A DNA stretch of 10,537 nt from Verrucomicrobiota bacterium (GTDB taxonomy: Bacteria; Verrucomicrobiota; Lentisphaeria; Lentisphaerales; Lentisphaeraceae), in assembly GCA_039798785.1 (NCBI GenBank), contig JBDKFG010000104.1, positions 1-10,537 of the forward strand, in the 5' to 3' direction. Made by a program: the position numbers and the translations under genes. The notes beneath the pieces are model-generated. The model had not been told where the DNA came from. It saw only the letters and a program-made list of their open reading frames with translations, and did not search any database. Below, one piece after another: positions 7,277-10,537 of this stretch (position 1 is its first letter; every line of letters begins with the position of its first letter).

Positions 7277-7675
7277 ATGAGCAAGATTCCCCTGACACGA
7301 GCCGAAAACATGTCCCGCATCGGCGGCAAGGACACTGGTCCTGAATTGTCAGTGCGGGCGATGCTGCGGGGGATGGGCATCGGCTATCGGCTGCACCGCA
7401 AGGACCTGCCGGGCAAGCCGGATATCGTCTTGGTTTCGCGGCGCGTATGCATCTTCGTCCATGGCTGCTTCTGGCACCGCCACGGCTGCCATGAGTCGTC
7501 GACGCCGAAGACCAATGGCGATTTCTGGCTGGCGAAATTCGCACGGAATGTCTGCCGCGACCGGCGAGTTCAGCGCCAGCTGCGCGGCTTGGGCTGGCGC
7601 GTGCTGGTAGTCTGGGAATGCCGCTTGAGGGAGCCAGAGAAGGTTGAGGCGAGGCTCCGGCGGGAGCTCGGATGA
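7277..7675 (+). CDS. vsr: Very short patch repair endonuclease Vsr
   Basis: R..NMSRI..KDTGPE, YRLHRKDLPGKPDIV, IFVHGCFWHRH, PKTN..FW..KF.RNV.RD and GWRVLVVWEC; divergent from the C5 methyltransferase. ATG 7277 gives a typical Vsr length. Confidence 0.96.
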   Translation: MSKIPLTRAENMSRIGGKDTGPELSVRAMLRGMGIGYRLHRKDLPGKPDIVLVSRRVCIFVHGCFWHRHGCHESSTPKTNGDFWLAKFARNVCRDRRVQRQLRGLGWRVLVVWECRLREPEKVEARLRRELG

Positions 7676-7715
7676 GCGCCGGGGCTCCCAGGGGATTGCA
7701 TCCATCGCAAAGATG

Positions 7716-7741
7716 AAAAATCCCCGGTGTCGCCACCGGGG
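7716..7741 (-). terminator. Intrinsic terminator downstream of the cytochrome c/FGE gene
   Basis: Minus strand reads CCCCGGTG-GCGA-CACCGGGG-ATTTTT: a perfect 8-bp stem, GNRA loop and U-tract, 12 bp after the stop at 7754. Confidence 0.8.
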
Positions 7742-7753
7742 CTTGGAGCGGGC

Positions 7754-9271
7754 TTACTTGACGAAGTACTTCGGATCGAGCTTGCCGTTTTTGACCAGGG
7801 GAGCGAGAGCCATTTCCTCATCCGAGAGCCAGTATTTGCTGAGCTCTTCGAGTTTGGGCGGGGTGGGATCACAGACGACGCGGAAGCCGACGGCGATGAA
7901 GTCCTTTTCGGTGAACCACCAGGGGGATTTCGGCCCTTGCGGGTCGTTCTTCTTGAGCTCTTCGCTGCTCATCAGGCGGGTGGCCGAGCCGACGTCTTCG
8001 ATGCTTTGGACGAAGGAGCCGCCGCGGATGGCGTTGTCGTAGAGCTTGAGGGGCCATTCGACTTCGATCAGCGGGTTGAGCCCGGTGTTGGCGGGCATCG
8101 GGTTGTAGGGGTCCTTGGCCGGGCCTTTGGCATAGAAGTCGGTGTCGTAGTGGTCGAGGGTCATTTCGGCGGCGTTGCCGATCATGTCGTAGAGGCCCCA
8201 GGCGTTGGGTTTCTTGCTGCCGACCTTGGCGTATTTCTCGCCGGCGTTTTCGGCGAGAACGGCATAATCGCCGGCCTGTTTAGGGTCGTCTCCCCAGGGG
8301 TACTTGGTGGTGCTGCCGGCGCGGCAGGCGTATTCCCATTCGGCTTCGGTGGGGAGCCGGTAGAACTTGCCGGTCTTGGCGGAGAGCCACATGCAGAAGG
8401 CCTGGGCGCTGAGGCGGGGGATGCAGATGGCGGGGTGGCTGCCCTTGCCCATGCCGAAGCTCATTTCGTGGTAGGAGGGGGTGGGGCGGACGATCATGGC
8501 GGAGAGCTGGTCGTTCTTGGTCTCGTCCTTCTTGGCGGCGGCGCGGGCGGCGGCGTCGCGCTCTTCCAGGAAGGTGTCGTAGAGCTCCCAGGTGACTTCG
8601 GTGCTGGCCATGAAGAAGGGCGAGATCTCGACTTCGCGGACCGGCTTGGTGTCTTCGCTGGCCTCGCTGCCGCGCTTGAATTTGCCGCCGGGGATGGCGA
8701 CCATGTCGAACTTCAGCTCGGTGTCTTTGATCGACTCGGTGAAGGTCTTGGCTTCAAGCGCTTTGGCCTTGTCGAGTCCGAGGTCTTTGTAGAGCTTGCC
8801 GGAGAAGATGCGGGGCCGGGGCGGCTGCTTGTATTCGAGCTTGCGCTCCCACTTGGCGCCGGCGTCGATCCAAGCGACCAGGGCCTTGTGGTCTTCGGCG
8901 CTGAGGGGGGCGAAGCCGAGGGGCGGCATGCCGAACTTGCCCTCGGGAAGCTTGAAGTCGGGAGCCGGGCCGCGTTCGCCGCGCATCGCTTCCACCGCCG
9001 GGCCGCTGAAGGCGCAGATCAGCGATCCGGCGCCGTTGCCGGGGACCAGGCCGGGACCTTTCGAGCCGCCCTTGAGCGCCGCGGCGCGAGTGGTCAAATC
9101 GAGATTGCCGGCCTTGGTGAAGTTAGGCTGGCCGTCGGAGCCCTGCTGGTCGGAGTGGCATTTCAGGCAGTTGTATTCGAGGACCTTGAGCGGATAATCG
9201 GGATCCTTGGCTTCTTCGGCGCTGAGGCCGAGGGAGGCGAGGAAGGCGGCGGTGGCGGCGAAACGGATCAT
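7754..9271 (-). CDS. Secreted protein with an N-terminal planctomycete-type cytochrome c domain and a C-terminal formylglycine-generating-enzyme (FGE-sulfatase/SUMF1) fold
   Basis: Signal peptide; CLKCH heme motif followed by GNLDL...ALKGGSKGPGLVPG...MPP...L.AWIDAGA; FGE motifs MVAIPGGKF, TEVT, YRLPTEAEWEYACRAG, PNAWGLYDMIGNAAE, RGGSF and VGFRVV. AAGGAG RBS. Confidence 0.9.
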   Translation of the reverse strand: MIRFAATAAFLASLGLSAEEAKDPDYPLKVLEYNCLKCHSDQQGSDGQPNFTKAGNLDLTTRAAALKGGSKGPGLVPGNGAGSLICAFSGPAVEAMRGERGPAPDFKLPEGKFGMPPLGFAPLSAEDHKALVAWIDAGAKWERKLEYKQPPRPRIFSGKLYKDLGLDKAKALEAKTFTESIKDTELKFDMVAIPGGKFKRGSEASEDTKPVREVEISPFFMASTEVTWELYDTFLEERDAAARAAAKKDETKNDQLSAMIVRPTPSYHEMSFGMGKGSHPAICIPRLSAQAFCMWLSAKTGKFYRLPTEAEWEYACRAGSTTKYPWGDDPKQAGDYAVLAENAGEKYAKVGSKKPNAWGLYDMIGNAAEMTLDHYDTDFYAKGPAKDPYNPMPANTGLNPLIEVEWPLKLYDNAIRGGSFVQSIEDVGSATRLMSSEELKKNDPQGPKSPWWFTEKDFIAVGFRVVCDPTPPKLEELSKYWLSDEEMALAPLVKNGKLDPKYFVK

Positions 9272-9275
9272 GGCA

Positions 9276-10340
9276 TCACTCCTTATCGTTGGTGAGGGGC
9301 GGAAAACCGGGACTGGACCATTGCTGGCGGTCGCGCGGATCTTCCTGGAAGACGAGGCATTCGCTGCCGGGGAAGGATTTCAGCAGCTCGAGGCCGGGCT
9401 CGCGGTCGAGGACGCTGAGAGTCATCGCCAGGGCGTCGGCCTCGCGATTGGTCGGGGCGAGGACGAAGACGAGGCGGCGATTGCTCAGGCCCAGGCCGCT
9501 GCGAGGGTCCACGATATGCGAGTAGCGCAAGCCGTCAATGTCGACATGACGCACCGAATCGCCGGAAGTGCCGACGGCGCACTTCTTGAAGATCTGGAAG
9601 GAGCGGGGCTGGGGATCGGCGGAGCCTTCGATCTTGACTGCCCAGCCCTGGGCATCGGGCGGCTGGCCGAAGCTGATGTCGCCGCTGGCGTCGACGCAGG
9701 AATGGGGCAGGCCGCGCTCTTCGAGGAGCCTGAGGGCCCGGTCGGCGGCGTAGCCCGGGGCGACGGCGCCGAGATCAAGCTTCATGTTCGGGGCCAGGAG
9801 ACGGACCTGGTGGCCGGGGAGCAGCTGCATCTTGCTCCAGCCGCTGGCGGCGAGGGCGCGCTGCCGCATCTTCTCCGGCGGCATCGCCCGGAAGTGCCGG
9901 GCCATGCGCCAGCAACGCACCAGCGGGCCGCAGGTGACATCGAAGGCGCCGTCGCTGCGCCGCGCCAGATCCTGGCACCAGGAAAGGAGATCGTAGAGCT
10001 CGGCGGAGACCGGGAAGGGCTCTTTCTGGCCGCCGGGGAGGCAGGAGGATTCCGACAGGCGGAAGAGCTCGCTGCCGTCGCGGTAGTCGCTCATCAGATC
10101 CTCGATCCTGGCGATCTCCGCAAAGGCCGCCTCGGCGGCGGCGGCGGCGCGGGCTTCTTCGGCGCAATGGATGACGATGCGGAAATCCGAACCCATCACC
10201 GGGCTGCGGTGGAAATCCCAGGCCTTGAGGGGGGGCGGGCTGGCGCAGGACCCCAGAAGGGAGACGGCCAGAGCGAAGGCCAGCAGCACAGCCGCAAGGG
10301 CGCTTCGCTTCGCTTCGGTCTTGGGAGTGGCGCAGGGCAT
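9276..10340 (-). CDS. apbE: ApbE/Ftp family FAD:protein FMN transferase, predicted lipoprotein, with atypical motif residues
   Basis: Lipobox LGSC; MGSDFRI, MSDYRDGSELFRL, SDGAFDVTCGPLV..W, LDLGAVAPGYAAD, TSGD, YSHIVDPRSG and ADALA. Confidence 0.92.
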   Translation of the reverse strand: MPCATPKTEAKRSALAAVLLAFALAVSLLGSCASPPPLKAWDFHRSPVMGSDFRIVIHCAEEARAAAAAEAAFAEIARIEDLMSDYRDGSELFRLSESSCLPGGQKEPFPVSAELYDLLSWCQDLARRSDGAFDVTCGPLVRCWRMARHFRAMPPEKMRQRALAASGWSKMQLLPGHQVRLLAPNMKLDLGAVAPGYAADRALRLLEERGLPHSCVDASGDISFGQPPDAQGWAVKIEGSADPQPRSFQIFKKCAVGTSGDSVRHVDIDGLRYSHIVDPRSGLGLSNRRLVFVLAPTNREADALAMTLSVLDREPGLELLKSFPGSECLVFQEDPRDRQQWSSPGFPPLTNDKE

Positions 10341-10472
10341 GACAGCGGCCTCATGTTTCTGGTGGGCTTCTGTGAGCTATAAGCACCAAGGAGCAGGCCA
10401 GCGTTGCATCGCTTCAGAAAAAAAACAATTTGTGCAAGTCATCCTAATCCGACTCCGCCGGAACCGAAGCTG

Positions 10473-10533
10473 AACCACGGAGGACACGGAGGACACGTAA
10501 TCAACCGCAGAAGACGCAGATGAACGCAGATGA
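10473..10533 (+). repeat. Two adjacent short tandem-repeat blocks, each led by AACC
   Basis: AAC-CACGGAGGA-CACGGAGGA-CACG (10473-10497) and AAC-CGCAGAAGA-CGCAGATGAA-CGCAGATGA (10503-10533); the window ends 4 bp later. Confidence 0.8.
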
Positions 10534-10537
10534 GGAA

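Noticed and set aside
7754..8700. Diversity-generating retroelement target, since FGE/CLec folds are common DGR targets
   Set aside because: No template/variable repeat pair or reverse transcriptase is visible in the window.
7727..10382. 522-aa and 391-aa plus-strand ORFs
   Set aside because: Antisense mirrors of the FGE and apbE genes, expected from high-GC codon bias.
10473..10537. CRISPR array
   Set aside because: Units are 9-10 bp and directly adjacent with no unique spacers; no cas genes in the window.

Overview
GC-rich bacterial window, probably from the PVC superphylum (Lentisphaerae/Verrucomicrobia/Planctomycetes-like; inferred from gene content). From left to right: two short, apparently paralogous membrane-protein ORFs separated by a REP/REPIN-like double hairpin; a minus-strand run of STAS protein - skp/ompH - lpxD - comF, with an AT-rich heptamer-built inverted repeat between lpxD and comF; a lower-GC restriction-modification cassette (Dcm/EcoRII-like C5 methyltransferase plus an MvaI/BcnI-family nuclease) with a divergent, GC-rich vsr; an apbE-like flavin transferase with atypical motif residues, closely coupled to a secreted cytochrome c/FGE-fold fusion; and, at the right edge, short AACC-led tandem repeats. 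The most unusual items are the gene-less heptamer inverted repeat, the edge repeats, the two-domain nuclease and the variant ApbE-cytochrome pair. All calls come from reading the sequence and recalled family motifs; no searches were run.
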